A stretch of 40,902 nucleotides of DNA, taken from contig JBFMGU010000077.1 of assembly GCA_040752415.1 (NCBI GenBank), positions 1 through 40,902 on the forward strand, read 5' to 3'. The notes beneath the pieces are model-generated. The model had not been told where the DNA came from. It saw only the letters and a program-made list of their open reading frames with translations, and did no database searches. Source of the DNA: Myxococcota bacterium (GTDB lineage: Bacteria; Myxococcota; JACRCW01). Shown here in pieces: positions 10,676 through 20,641 of this stretch. Positions within the stretch are counted from its first letter, which is position 1. Each line of letters starts with the position of its first letter. The position numbers and the translations under genes are program-made.

Positions 10676-11823
10676 GAGCGGGGTTGCTGGCGCTCCTCCT
10701 CGTTCCTGCGTCGGTGGCGGCGCAGGAGGACCCGTGTGGCGGCGTGCAGTTCACCGCCGGACGGATTGTCACCGGGCGCATCATCACGCCGGAGAACGCC
10801 GCCAGTGCGGAGACGGAAGCGTGTCTGCGCCACGTGGCGGAACTGGTGCAGGCGCGGAGGACGGTGCGCGCCGTGACCGTGGCCACCCGCGTTCCCGACG
10901 ACGTGCGACCCGCAGGCACGGCGCTCCCGTTGGCAGAGCTGGTGGCCGGGAAGCTGGTGACCGCCGGTCTTGGCAAGAACATGGTGTCCGCCGTGGCGCC
11001 GCGAACCGAGGCCGCCGAGACCAGCGCCGTGGTCCAGCTCAGCTACACGGAACGCCCGCCGGAGACGCCCATTGCGCGCGTGGTCCTCGTCGACGGCGAC
11101 GTGACCATCGGTGAGAACAAGGCGGAACGTGGCGGCGACCTGCGTCCCGGTGACACGCTGAGCACCGGCGATCACGCCGTGGCGGTCATGCAGCTTGCGG
11201 ATGGCAGCTCCTTGCGGGTGTTGGGCGGCAGCGTGGTGAAGCTGGAAAGCCTGACGATGAACGCGAAGAAGCAACGGCGCGGCGTGATGGTGATGGATCA
11301 CGGTGTCGTCGAGGCGGACGTCCCCGCGGGGGAGCGCGGTGCGGACTTCCGCATCCAGACGCCGGTGGGAACCGTGGAAGGAGATGGCGCCACGTTCCGC
11401 CTCACCGTCGACGACGGCGGCGCACGCGTGGAAGTGGAGAGCGGCAAAGTGGACCTCCTCGGCAAGCGGGAGCTGACGGTGGAGGACGGAACCGCGTCGC
11501 GGTTGGATGACAAGGGCAAGCCGCTGCAGCCCCGGCCGCTCCTCGTCGCGCCTGCGCCCGCAGGTCCCCTGCATGGACCCGCCACGGCGCCGGTGATGAT
11601 GCGCTTCTCCGTCGTGGAAGGCGCTTCCGGTTACCGGGTGCAGCTCTCACGCAACGCCAGCTTCTCGGATGAGCTCACCGTGGTCTCGTCGGAGACGAAT
11701 GAGGTGGCGCTGCCCCAGACCGTGACGAGCGGCCGATGGTTCTGGCGCGTCTCCGCCGTCGACAAGGATGGCTACGAGGGCTCCCCCTCGCGCATCCACG
11801 CGTTCAGCGTGCCCGGAACCTGA
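10672..11823 (+). CDS. Secreted FecR-domain protein with C-terminal fibronectin-III-like domain
   Basis: Signal peptide [17 protein letters not shown]. FecR-like segment [12 protein letters not shown]...LADGS.L...[10 protein letters not shown]3-like segment [10 protein letters not shown]...[18 protein letters not shown] overlap with the OmpA gene. Confidence 0.8.
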   Translation: MRAGLLALLLVPASVAAQEDPCGGVQFTAGRIVTGRIITPENAASAETEACLRHVAELVQARRTVRAVTVATRVPDDVRPAGTALPLAELVAGKLVTAGLGKNMVSAVAPRTEAAETSAVVQLSYTERPPETPIARVVLVDGDVTIGENKAERGGDLRPGDTLSTGDHAVAVMQLADGSSLRVLGGSVVKLESLTMNAKKQRRGVMVMDHGVVEADVPAGERGADFRIQTPVGTVEGDGATFRLTVDDGGARVEVESGKVDLLGKRELTVEDGTASRLDDKGKPLQPRPLLVAPAPAGPLHGPATAPVMMRFSVVEGASGYRVQLSRNASFSDELTVVSSETNEVALPQTVTSGRWFWRVSAVDKDGYEGSPSRIHAFSVPGT

Positions 11824-11825
11824 CG

Positions 11826-14099
11826 TCAGTTCGGCGGCAAACCCAGCGCCTTCGCCTCCAGGTCAAGCTCGGCACCCTGCACGCCAGCCTCCCGCGCTTG
11901 CCGCAAGACGTTCCGTGCGTCGTCGTGGCGGCCGTATTGGCGCAGGGTCCGTGCGTAGGCCCACACCGCACGAGGCTCACTCGCATGCGCGGGAAACCAC
12001 GCCGCGAACGCGGGAAGGATCCGTTCCTCGTACAGTACCGGCTCCACGCTGCGCGCCATCGCCGCCAGGTAGACCCCCACCGCTTCCTCCGCCTTTCCGG
12101 CGAGCGACAAGGCGGCGGCGAACATGAGCGCCACCCGTCGGGATTCTGGCCACAGACCACGCAACGCGGTGGCGTGCTCCAACGCGCACGTCGTCGAACC
12201 CGTGCGCAGACACGCCGTGGCGAGCAGCACGTGGACGTCGAGCGGAGAGAAGTAGCGCTCCAGCAACGTGCGCGGCTCCGCCTCTCCCGTCACCGCGTGC
12301 AACAGCGCGAGCGAGAACGCGTCACCCGGACTCCGCACCAACGCTTCACGCAACAGGTTCGTCGCTCCGGGACGGTCGCCACCGACGAGCGCGGCCCACG
12401 CACGATAGTAGCCCGGCTCCGAGGATTGCCGCGCGCGACGGTTGAAATGGCACGCCTGGGCATCGATCTCGTCGAGCAACGGCGTTGCCAGCGCCGCCTC
12501 TCCGGCCTCCAGCGCCAACGTCACGCGGTCCAGCTTGGCTGCGCATCCCTCCGACGACATTTCCAGGTGCGCCTGCAGCGCCGCATGGGCAAACCCCTCG
12601 GGGAAGCCCAGGTCCGCCACGCGCACGTGGTCCAGGCGCCAGGGAGCGGTGGCGGCGGCGCGCACGTTGAGCTGCCGGGCCTCGTCGGACCTGCCGTGGT
12701 CGCGCAGCTCCGCGGCGTGGAGTGCCATGCGGTTCGCGGCCTGCGAGGCAAGCATGAGGTGTCGTTCGTCCTGCAACGTGTCGTCGGGGAGCCACAGGGG
12801 AGCGGCCAGCACCAACGTCATGGCCACGGCCGCCAGCGCCTGGCGACGTCCCTGCCACGCCCACCCCAGCGCCACGCCCACGAGGAGGATCAACCCCGGC
12901 AACAACGTGAGCCGTTGGCGCGCCGAGACGTAGAACACCAGCATGGCGCCCACCTGGCAGGCCACCAGCCCCAACACCACGACGTGGGAACGCCACCAGC
13001 GCAGCACCAACACCAGGCCCATCAGCGCCAACGCGGACACCAGCGCGGTGGGCACGCGCGGCCACGCCGCTCCGCGCAAGGCGTCTTCCACCACGTACGC
13101 GCCAATGACGTCGTGGGACTGCTGGTTGTGCAGCATGAGCAGCAGCTTGTGTCCCATCCGGGAGAGCGCGTGCGCGGGATGGTCCTGCAGGAACGCGAGC
13201 CCGCGGTTGAACCAGAACGCGTTCACGTCGGTGATGCCCAGCTCCGCCCCGGAGGAGCGACGGGCCATGGTGCGGTAGAGCGCGTGCGCCGCGTCGGGAC
13301 CGGCCTCTCCGGCGTCCTCCAGCGTGAACATGAAGGGCGGGTACACCGAGCTCAGCCCCGGCGACTGCGGATTGTTCCCCTCGAAGAACACCGTCCCCGG
13401 GTTCATCAGCGGCGCTGACTCTCCCGCCGCCGAACGCGCGTACGTGGATTGCACCACCAGTGCCGCCGCCACCGCCGCGCCGTACCCCAGCCACGCGCCA
13501 CGTTGACGTCGCCAGCTCGCACGGTCGGCCAGCCACCAGGAGAGCGGCAGGAGTGGCGCCAGCGGCAGGAGGGTGGGGCGCGTGAGGATGCCCAGGCCCA
13601 GGACCGCACCGCACAGCACCCGGCTCCGTCCGTCGTCACGCGCGCCCAGCCAGAGCACCAGGGTGATGAGGAAGACCAGCACGCACTCCGGCTCGAAGAA
13701 GCGCGTGTAGACGAGCATGCCCTCGTCCAGCAGCAACATGAGCGCGCCCACCCACGCCACCACCGTCCGAGCCCGCGCGCGCAGCAGGAGGAACATCAGC
13801 GCCACCGCGCCCGCGGTGCAGAAGCGGTGCAGCCACGTCACCAGCGCGGCCGGGTTCTCGGAGGTGCGCGCCGCCACGACGTGCAACCACAGGTAGAGCG
13901 GACTGAAGTCGACGCGCCGCTCGGCGGGAAGCGTGCCGGCCAGCCACTGCAGCGCCGCGGCGGGATACTTGTGGAACTGCGTGACGGGCAGCACGCCGTC
14001 CAGCCACGTGGTGTGGGCCAGCGCCAACAAGCCCAACGCCGCCGCCATCACGCCGGGTCGGCGCCACCAGGGTTGGATGGGGGTCTCGGCGCTGGTCAT
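11826..14099 (-). CDS. GT-C fold (GT39/ArnT-like) membrane glycosyltransferase with C-terminal TPR-like repeats
   Basis: Start trimmed to MTSAETPIQ. Multi-TM N-terminus with FSPLY, E.V, LGLGILTRP and NPG..FFEGNNP, followed by an Ala/Leu-rich helical repeat C-terminus. Confidence 0.75.
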   Translation of the reverse strand: MTSAETPIQPWWRRPGVMAAALGLLALAHTTWLDGVLPVTQFHKYPAAALQWLAGTLPAERRVDFSPLYLWLHVVAARTSENPAALVTWLHRFCTAGAVALMFLLLRARARTVVAWVGALMLLLDEGMLVYTRFFEPECVLVFLITLVLWLGARDDGRSRVLCGAVLGLGILTRPTLLPLAPLLPLSWWLADRASWRRQRGAWLGYGAAVAAALVVQSTYARSAAGESAPLMNPGTVFFEGNNPQSPGLSSVYPPFMFTLEDAGEAGPDAAHALYRTMARRSSGAELGITDVNAFWFNRGLAFLQDHPAHALSRMGHKLLLMLHNQQSHDVIGAYVVEDALRGAAWPRVPTALVSALALMGLVLVLRWWRSHVVVLGLVACQVGAMLVFYVSARQRLTLLPGLILLVGVALGWAWQGRRQALAAVAMTLVLAAPLWLPDDTLQDERHLMLASQAANRMALHAAELRDHGRSDEARQLNVRAAATAPWRLDHVRVADLGFPEGFAHAALQAHLEMSSEGCAAKLDRVTLALEAGEAALATPLLDEIDAQACHFNRRARQSSEPGYYRAWAALVGGDRPGATNLLREALVRSPGDAFSLALLHAVTGEAEPRTLLERYFSPLDVHVLLATACLRTGSTTCALEHATALRGLWPESRRVALMFAAALSLAGKAEEAVGVYLAAMARSVEPVLYEERILPAFAAWFPAHASEPRAVWAYARTLRQYGRHDDARNVLRQAREAGVQGAELDLEAKALGLPPN

Positions 14100-14196
14100 G
14101 CTGGCCTTGGGGCCACGTGTCCAAGGACCGGTGGTGCTTATCACGTCAGGTGCGCTTGCGCTCGGGGCGTCACCCGCACCATGGTCCCGCCCTCCC

Positions 14197-17016
14197 ATGC
14201 TCCTCCGCCGGTACGGAACATCCGTGGCGCTCCTGGCCAGCCTGGCCGCGGGCGCGGGTTGCGCAGCCCGAGGGCAACGGGAAGATACGCGGAAGGCCCC
14301 CGCGTCTGCGGCCAAGGTCGAACCGACCCCGCAGGAGCACCAGGACCCCCAAGGAAAGGACACACCCGTGGTGGCACAGAGGAAGAACGAGTCGGAGCAC
14401 AGCGAGCTGTCGTACGGACCGGTGCGTCGCGTGCTGCAGAACGGCCTCACGGTGGTGCTGGAAGAGAGCCACCAGGCCAAGGTGGTGGCCTTCCAGGTGT
14501 GGATCAAGGTCGGCAGCGCGGACGAGTCCGAGGACGAGGCGGGCATTGCCCACGTGCACGAGCACATGCTCTTCAAGGGCACCAGCAAGCGTGGCGTGGG
14601 TGAGATTGCGCAGGCCGTGGAGGCCGCCGGCGGCGACATCAACGCGTGGACCAGCTTTGACCAGACCGTCTACCACGTCGTCATGGCCTCCCGGTTTTTC
14701 GACCAGGGCCTGGACGTGCTCGCGGACGCGGTGCGCAACAGCAGCTTTGATCCCACGGAGCTGGACAAGGAGCTGGAGGTCGTCATCGAGGAGGTGAAGC
14801 GCAGCCGCGACATGCCCGGCCGCGTGGTCTCCGAGCTCACCTTCGACACCGCCTACCAGGCGCATCCGTACCGTCGTCCCGTCATCGGCTTTGAGTCCAC
14901 GGTGCGCGCCTTCACGCGCGACAAGATCGTCAACTTCTACCGCAAGCACTACCGGCCGGACCGCATGGTCGTGGTGGTGGTGGGCGACTTCAAGACCGAG
15001 GAGGCGCTGGCCAAGGTGGAGAAGGCCTTTGGGGACATGGGCCCGCCCGCCGGTGCGCCGGTGCAGCGTGCCGCCGAGCCAGAGCAGAAGGAGCTGCGCG
15101 TCCGGGTGGTGCAGGACAAGATCCAGGAGACGCACCTCTCCCTGGCCTGGCACATCCCCTCCATGCTGAGCGAGGACATCTACGCGCTGGACGTCCTCTC
15201 CATCCTGCTCGGTCACGGCGACAGCAGCCGGCTCTCCCGCGGCGTCAAGCATGGTCGCCGCCTGGTGAACGACGTCTACGCGTACGCGTACACGCCCAAG
15301 GACCCCGGTCTGCTCATGGCCGGCGCCTCGTTGCACCACAAGGACCTGTTGACGTCGTTGCAGGCCATTCTCGTGGAGACCTTCCGCCTGCGGGACAGCC
15401 TCACCACCGCCGCGGAGCTGGAGAAGGCCAAGACGCTCATCGAGAGTGACAGCGTCTACCAGAAGGAGACGGTGCAGGGCCTGGCGCGCAAGCTGGGCTT
15501 CTACGAGGCGGTGGCGGGTCACGTCGACTTCGAGCGGCGTTATCTCGAGTCCATCCGCAAGGTCACCGCGCATGACATCCGGCGCGTGGCGCAGAAGTAC
15601 CTCGTGGAGAGCGGGCTCACCGTGGTGGCGTTGCTGCCGGACAGCGCGCCCGCGGTCACGGAGGCGGACATCCGCAAGGCAGTGCAGGGCGCCACCGACG
15701 AGCTGGGGAAGATGCGGCAGCGCTCTCCGCTGGCCCGCGGTGACCTGGGCGTGCACCGCGCGGTGCTGAGCAACGGGATGACGCTGCTGGTGCAGCCCGA
15801 CCCGTCGGTGCCGGTGGTGAGCATGCGCGCGGTGTGGCTGGGGGGATTGCGCCATGAGACGCCGGAGAACAACGGCATCCACAACATGATGGCGGAGCTG
15901 CTCACCAAGGGCATCGAGGGTGGCATGGGCGCCATGGAGCTGGCGCACGAGGTGGACAGCGCCGCGGGCACCCTGGAGGGATTCACCGGCCGCAACAGCT
16001 TTGGCGTGCGCGCGGAGTTCCTGACCCGCACCTTCGAGCACGGCTTCGAGCTGATGTCGGACTGCATCATCCGCCCCGCGTTCTCCGTCGAGGAGCTGGA
16101 GCGGGAACGCAAGCTCATCCTCGAGGAGATCCGCAACAAGGAGGACAACCTCAGCGGCGTGGCGTTCGACCTCTTTGGCAAGCTGCTCTACCGCAACCAC
16201 CCGTACCGGATGGACACGCTGGGCACCCGGGAGACGGTGGAGAAGTTCACGCGCGAGGACCTGCTGCGCTTCTACCGGCAGAACTTCACGCCGGACCGCA
16301 TGGTGCTCTCCGTCGTGGGAGACGTGGACCCGGAGCGCGTGGCGGAGCTGTGTGAGGACGCCTTCAACGACGCGCCGCGCGCGCCCGCCGGGGTCACGCC
16401 ATTGCAGGTGCAGCCGGAAGGCGCGGTGGGTGAGACGCGGATTGCGCGCCTGGAGCGCGAGAAGGAGCAGGCGCACCTGGTGCTGGGCTTCCCCGGGACC
16501 ACGCTGGCGCACCAGGACCGCTACGCGCTGGAGGTGTTGACGACGATCCTGGCCGGGCAGGGCGGACGCCTGTTCCTGGAGCTGCGCGACAAGCAGAGCC
16601 TGGCGTACTCCATCACCGCGTTCTCGCTCGAGGGCGTCGACCCCGGTTACGTGGCGGTCTACATGGGCACCAGCCCGGACAAGGTGGACACCGCCATGAA
16701 GGGAATCATGGGTGAGCTGAGGCGCATCCAGGATGAGCCGGTCAGCGCCAAGGAGCTGGAGCGCGCGCAGCGCTACCTCGTCGGGACCCACGAGATCGGT
16801 CTGCAGAAGATGAGCGCGCGCGCCGCCACCCTGGCGTTCAACGAGGTGTACGGCCTGGGCTACGCGGAGCACGCCAGGTACAGCGAGCGCATCCTGGCCG
16901 TGACGGCGGAAGACCTGCGGCGCGTGGCCCGGCAGTACCTCACGCTGGACCGCTACACGCTCGCCATCGTGGGACCGGAGGGCACGCAGGGCCCCCAGGC
17001 GACCGCGAAGCCGTGA
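14197..17016 (+). CDS. M16 family (pitrilysin/insulinase-like) zinc peptidase, two-module, probable lipoprotein
   Basis: Inverted zinc motif HxxEH (GIAHVHEHMLFKGT) and INAWTSFDQTVY. The second module lacks the motif. N-terminus reads MLLRRYGTSVALLASLAAGAG-C. Confidence 0.93.
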   Translation: MLLRRYGTSVALLASLAAGAGCAARGQREDTRKAPASAAKVEPTPQEHQDPQGKDTPVVAQRKNESEHSELSYGPVRRVLQNGLTVVLEESHQAKVVAFQVWIKVGSADESEDEAGIAHVHEHMLFKGTSKRGVGEIAQAVEAAGGDINAWTSFDQTVYHVVMASRFFDQGLDVLADAVRNSSFDPTELDKELEVVIEEVKRSRDMPGRVVSELTFDTAYQAHPYRRPVIGFESTVRAFTRDKIVNFYRKHYRPDRMVVVVVGDFKTEEALAKVEKAFGDMGPPAGAPVQRAAEPEQKELRVRVVQDKIQETHLSLAWHIPSMLSEDIYALDVLSILLGHGDSSRLSRGVKHGRRLVNDVYAYAYTPKDPGLLMAGASLHHKDLLTSLQAILVETFRLRDSLTTAAELEKAKTLIESDSVYQKETVQGLARKLGFYEAVAGHVDFERRYLESIRKVTAHDIRRVAQKYLVESGLTVVALLPDSAPAVTEADIRKAVQGATDELGKMRQRSPLARGDLGVHRAVLSNGMTLLVQPDPSVPVVSMRAVWLGGLRHETPENNGIHNMMAELLTKGIEGGMGAMELAHEVDSAAGTLEGFTGRNSFGVRAEFLTRTFEHGFELMSDCIIRPAFSVEELERERKLILEEIRNKEDNLSGVAFDLFGKLLYRNHPYRMDTLGTRETVEKFTREDLLRFYRQNFTPDRMVLSVVGDVDPERVAELCEDAFNDAPRAPAGVTPLQVQPEGAVGETRIARLEREKEQAHLVLGFPGTTLAHQDRYALEVLTTILAGQGGRLFLELRDKQSLAYSITAFSLEGVDPGYVAVYMGTSPDKVDTAMKGIMGELRRIQDEPVSAKELERAQRYLVGTHEIGLQKMSARAATLAFNEVYGLGYAEHARYSERILAVTAEDLRRVARQYLTLDRYTLAIVGPEGTQGPQATAKP

Positions 17017-17019
17017 CGG

Positions 17020-18420
17020 TCACCCCAGGTACTCCTCGAAGAACCCCGCCAGCGGCCGCGCGTCCTCGGCAAGCTTGCCCAGCTCCTCGGTGAGCAGCGC
17101 GAGCGCGTCGGTTTCCTCGGCGGTGGCGCTGGAGAGCGCGTGTCGCAGCGTGTCCTGCGTGACGTCGCGAACCGCGTAGTCCTCATCCCACGCATCGCGC
17201 GCCGCGCGCGCCAGCCCGCCCGCGTGCAGCCAGCCCTCCCAGCGCACGCCGTGCTCCAGCCCCACCGGCCCCAGCGCGATGAGCGGAGCGGGCCACGGGG
17301 ACAACGTCGCCGCCACCTCCACGACGTCGGGATCACCGCCGGTGGCCTCCGCCATGGCATCCATGGCCGCGTCGGGGACGGCGGGATTGGCCAGCGCCAG
17401 CGCCGCGGCCACGCGGGCCTCCCGCAGCAGCCAGGTCCCGGTTTGTCGACGGAGCCGGTCCGCATCCGCGCGCCCCAACCCCAGCGCCTTGCGCAACACC
17501 GGCGGGCCCACCAGCCCCAGCGTCATCATCAGCGCCACCTTGCGCGCCACCGCGGGATCCATGCGCACACCCTGCAGCGAGAGCGCGCACGCCTCCACGG
17601 TGACCCGCGCCAGCTCCGCCATGGCCACCACGCCCGCGGCCGGCTCCCAGCCCACGCGCGGCGTGCCCCGTTCTCCCACGGTGGCGAACGCACCCAGCCA
17701 CGGGAGCGGCTCCACTCCCACGCGCCTCAGCGCACCGCCGTCGGGGAAAAGACGTTGCACCAGGGTGCGTGCGATCTGTCGTGAGGCGTCCACCGGCAGC
17801 ATCGTCGCCAGCGCGGGGGCGTGGAGGATGCGGGCGTGGCGCAGCGTGCCGGGAATGTCCTTGAGGCCACCGGCGTAGCGCTCGGCGTGGTGGAGCGCGT
17901 CGTGCCACAGGTCACGCGTGGCGGCGAGGAAATCCTGGGCGCCGTCGGCGCGCAGGAAGCGACCCAGGGGACGATGCAGCTTCTCGCACAGCGGTGAAAG
18001 CTCGTCGTCGACGGTGGAACGCAGCTCCTCGTGCGCCCCCTTCCACAGCTGCGTGGCCCGCGCGGGAACACCATCCCTGAGCGCCAGCCGTCGTGCCTCC
18101 TCGGCGGGGAGCACCGCCTCGCCCACCTCCGCGCGCGCGCCCTGCCACCGTGCGCACAGCTCATCCAGCTCCGGCGCCACGCGCAGGAACGCCAGCGCCC
18201 GACGCGCCGCGGCCACCACCGCACCGTCCGAGAGCGGCGTGTCCCCGCGCGCCACCGCCTCCACCGCGCGCAGCGCGTCTGCCGGAAGCTCGTCCCGGGC
18301 CGCCACCACACCGGGGGAGCGCTCCTGACCCGTTCGCCAGGCCAGGGCCCCCTGCGCCAGGCGCGCGCAGGCCAGGCGAATGCCTTCCACTGCCGGCTCC
18401 GACGCTGGAGTTGCCGTCAT
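17020..18420 (-). CDS. Hypothetical helical protein (possibly a degenerate M3/M32 peptidase-like fold)
   Basis: Start trimmed to MTATPASEP (466 aa); convergent with the M16 gene. Ala/Leu/Arg-rich and helical, with no HExxH motif. The fold guess is weak. Confidence 0.55.
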   Translation of the reverse strand: MTATPASEPAVEGIRLACARLAQGALAWRTGQERSPGVVAARDELPADALRAVEAVARGDTPLSDGAVVAAARRALAFLRVAPELDELCARWQGARAEVGEAVLPAEEARRLALRDGVPARATQLWKGAHEELRSTVDDELSPLCEKLHRPLGRFLRADGAQDFLAATRDLWHDALHHAERYAGGLKDIPGTLRHARILHAPALATMLPVDASRQIARTLVQRLFPDGGALRRVGVEPLPWLGAFATVGERGTPRVGWEPAAGVVAMAELARVTVEACALSLQGVRMDPAVARKVALMMTLGLVGPPVLRKALGLGRADADRLRRQTGTWLLREARVAAALALANPAVPDAAMDAMAEATGGDPDVVEVAATLSPWPAPLIALGPVGLEHGVRWEGWLHAGGLARAARDAWDEDYAVRDVTQDTLRHALSSATAEETDALALLTEELGKLAEDARPLAGFFEEYLG

Positions 18421-18480
18421 GAGGGCGCATATACCGCGCGTGCTGCGTTCCGTCTTCCCCACGCGGCGACGGAGGATGTC

Positions 18481-19677
18481 GTGCTCTCGCTGGATCCCGT
18501 CCACACGCTGGCCTTCGCGGGCCTGGTCCTGTTCCTCGGGCAGGGCGTCCGTCGGCTCGTGCCGCCGCTGGCGCGGTACAACATCCCGTCCCCCGTCGTG
18601 GGCGGCATGCTGGTGGCGGCGCTGTTGTGGGCCGCGCGCAGCGCCAACACCTCCCCGCTCCAGTTCGACACCGCCACCCAGGCCCCGCTCATGATCGCGT
18701 TCTTCACGACGCTGGGCTTCGGCGCATCCCTCTCCGCGCTGCGGGTGGGCGGGCCGCAGGTGGTGATCTTCCTCGGGGCGTGCAGCGTCCTGGCCGTGGT
18801 GCAGAACGTCATCGGCGCGGCGCTCAGCGTTCCGCTGGGGATGGACCCGCTGTTTGGCGTGCTGAACGGCTCGGTGACGTTGACGGGCGGGCCTGGGACG
18901 GGGCTCGCGTTCGCGCCGGAGTTCGAGAAGGCGGGGGTGCCTGGCGCGGCAAGCGTGGCGGTGGCCGCGGCCATGGTGGGCATCGTGAGCGGCGGGCTCG
19001 TCGGGGCGCCACTGGGGACGTTTATCATCGAGCGCTACCAGCTCCGCGGCCTGCCCCGCGCCAGCATGCCCGTGCCCACCCCGGAGACGACCGCTTCCGT
19101 CGTCAGCACGGAGGAGGGTGCGGCGCGGCTGCTCAGGAACCTGGTGGTCCTGCTGGTGGCCATGTGGCTCGGCTCCTACGTCAGCCGCGGTTTGACGTCG
19201 CTGGGGATCACGTTGCCCGCGTACATCGGCGCCATGATCGTGGCCGCGGTGATCCGCAACCTCGACGACAAGACCGCGCTGCTGCGCCTCCACGTCCCCA
19301 CGCTGGACGACCTGGGGAGCGCGGCCTTGAGCCTGTTCCTGGCGCTGAGCCTGATGACGCTGAAGCTGTGGGAGCTGGCGTCGGTGGCGCTGCCCATGCT
19401 GGTGATCCTGGTGGCGCAGGTGGCGTTCATGGCGCTCCTGGCCGCGCCGCTGATGTTCCGCATGATGGGCCGCGACTACGACGCCGCGGTGATGGCGGGT
19501 GGCCTCGTGGGTTTCATGCTCGGGACCACCGCCAACGCCATGGCCAACATGGAGTCGCTGACGCAGCGTTACGGGTTGGCGCCCCGTGCGTTCCTGGTGG
19601 TGCCCATGGTGGGCGCGTGTTTCGTCGACTTCACCAACTCGCTCATCATCACCGCGTTCCTGCAGCTGCTGCGTTGA
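18481..19677 (+). CDS. gltS: Sodium/glutamate symporter
   Basis: GTG start after GGAGG. Motifs YNIPSPVVGG, MIAFFTTLG, GSVTLTGGPGTG, GFMLGTTANAMANM and AFLVVPMVGACFVD. Confidence 0.93.
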   Translation: MLSLDPVHTLAFAGLVLFLGQGVRRLVPPLARYNIPSPVVGGMLVAALLWAARSANTSPLQFDTATQAPLMIAFFTTLGFGASLSALRVGGPQVVIFLGACSVLAVVQNVIGAALSVPLGMDPLFGVLNGSVTLTGGPGTGLAFAPEFEKAGVPGAASVAVAAAMVGIVSGGLVGAPLGTFIIERYQLRGLPRASMPVPTPETTASVVSTEEGAARLLRNLVVLLVAMWLGSYVSRGLTSLGITLPAYIGAMIVAAVIRNLDDKTALLRLHVPTLDDLGSAALSLFLALSLMTLKLWELASVALPMLVILVAQVAFMALLAAPLMFRMMGRDYDAAVMAGGLVGFMLGTTANAMANMESLTQRYGLAPRAFLVVPMVGACFVDFTNSLIITAFLQLLR

Positions 19678-19685
19678 GCCGGGTT

Positions 19686-20594
19686 TCAATCCAGCACGGC
19701 CAGGCCTATGCCCGTCTTCCCGTAGCCGTTCCCGTTGTAGAGCATGTAGCGGCGGCCCCGGTGGTCGAACACGTGCGGGTACTCGATCATCTCGGAGTCC
19801 CAGCCCGAGGGGGAGACGTCGATCCCGGCGCGCTCATCAAGGCGTTGCCAGCTCAATCCGTCGTCGGATTCCGCGTAGCCAATGCGATAGGCCTCACCGC
19901 GGTACGAGTACCACATCTTGTACGTGGTGCCGTCCTTGAGCACGCTGGGCCGGGAGATGGCGTATTCCTCCGACGAGCGGAAGTCGATGCACACGCGCCC
20001 GTCGCGTTTCCACGCAACGCCGTCGGCGGATTCCGCGTAACGCAGATGGTAGCGGTGCCGCGGCTTTCCACCCACGTTGTCCCAGCCGGTGCAGGAGAGG
20101 TACCACATGCGCCACGTCGAGCCCTCGCGCAGGACGCAACTGCTGGCGACGAAGTAGGGGTCCACCGTGCTCCGGTCGATGATGGGTCCCGCGGAGTACC
20201 GACGGAACCCATCCCCGGGCCGCGCCTCCGTGGCAAGCCCGAGGGCGTTGCGGAATGGCACGCTCACTCCCACGTTCCAGCCGATGTAATAGAGGTGCTT
20301 CCCCTGGGGATGCGTGGTGATCCAGGAGAGCATGGCGCCAGCGTCGTCAAACGTGCCGGGAGGCCCGGGTTCCAGCACCGGTTGGCTCGCCAGGTCCACC
20401 ACCCGGGCTCCTGCCTCACCCAGTTCCACGTCGACGTACGCGGTGTAGGAACGACTGCTGGCGTCGCGGCTGCTGAAGTAGACGCGGAAGAGGTCCCCTC
20501 CCAGCGGGTCGGCGAACGGGACGGCGGCGTGGCTGATCATCCAGGCGGGGCCGGAGGCGGGAGCGAACAGCAGGCCTTTCTTGGTCCAGCGCAT
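19686..20594 (-). CDS. Five-bladed beta-propeller glycosidase-like protein (GH32/GH43-like), polysaccharide-cluster associated
   Basis: MRWTKKGLLF...HAAVP, PGTFDDAG, LYYIGWN, repeated YAES.DG..W blades and YMLYNGNGYGKTGIGLA. Confidence 0.8.
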   Translation of the reverse strand: MRWTKKGLLFAPASGPAWMISHAAVPFADPLGGDLFRVYFSSRDASSRSYTAYVDVELGEAGARVVDLASQPVLEPGPPGTFDDAGAMLSWITTHPQGKHLYYIGWNVGVSVPFRNALGLATEARPGDGFRRYSAGPIIDRSTVDPYFVASSCVLREGSTWRMWYLSCTGWDNVGGKPRHRYHLRYAESADGVAWKRDGRVCIDFRSSEEYAISRPSVLKDGTTYKMWYSYRGEAYRIGYAESDDGLSWQRLDERAGIDVSPSGWDSEMIEYPHVFDHRGRRYMLYNGNGYGKTGIGLAVLD

Positions 20595-20641
20595 TGCGCC
20601 ACACCTTATCGGATCTGGTCGCGCCCGCACGCGCGCACGCG

